From Octopus vulgaris (lineage: Eukaryota), in assembly GCA_951406725.2 (NCBI GenBank), contig OX597814.1:159898001-159962000 (forward strand): 64,000 nt of DNA, given 5' to 3'. Both the position numbers and the translations under genes were made by a program. Every line of letters starts with the position of its first letter. Positions within the stretch are counted from its first letter, which is position 1. Shown here in pieces: positions 63,647 through 64,000 of the stretch. The notes under the pieces are model-generated. The model saw only the letters and a program-made list of their open reading frames with translations, did no database searches and was not told where the DNA came from.

Positions 63647-64000
63647 CCTACTTTACATGGTCATTCAACTTGCTAAAAATAGCAAGTAAATTTCTTTCAA
63701 ACCATACCCTGTTATCTTTAAATAAACAATTATAATCCATAATATATGAGAAAAAGAAAGACATGATAATCATGATTGTAATGGTTTTGATAATGGTCTG
63801 TTCAGTCAGGACTGACTTGGGGTTAAAAAAACAAAAAAGACAAGATATTCACAACTGGAATATGCATTTGATTTTTTGTCTGTTGAGTTATGACAAAACT
63901 GAAGTTTATCAACAACAGTTGCTTATTTGGCAAACATTTCTTCTTTAGACAGGATTGTATAAACAGAACTAGGAAAAAGTTAACCAGTTTGACCTACCTA

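Overview
This is AT-rich, repeat-dense eukaryotic DNA; the repeat families and microsatellite load suggest an Octopus/coleoid cephalopod genome (inference). The backbone is a + strand, multi-exon TBC1D13 orthologue (Rab-GAP). I reconstructed 11 phase-consistent GT-AG coding exons from 14588 to 50904, with both catalytic fingers intact (IDKDCRR, YIQGMNE). I did not find the N-terminal exons or the last exon in the window. The introns and flanks hold decayed Tc1/mariner, hAT, piggyBac-like and Helitron elements, RTE and CR1 LINE fragments, and tRNA-derived SINEs. The most notable structure is a set of type I hammerhead ribozyme (HHR) motifs on Penelope-like (PLE) repeats. Its centre is a 1.5-kb nested palindrome (17672-19155), in which 383-bp near-perfect inverted arms enclose three intact HHR copies in +/-/+ order with a self-complementary stem III. 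Several other HHR families and fold-back PLE fragments also occur. A possible minus-strand gene with two phase-compatible exons lies at about 57.5-58.1 kb, and a CpG-rich promoter-like region lies near 61.3-62.1 kb. All alignments and folds were done by eye.
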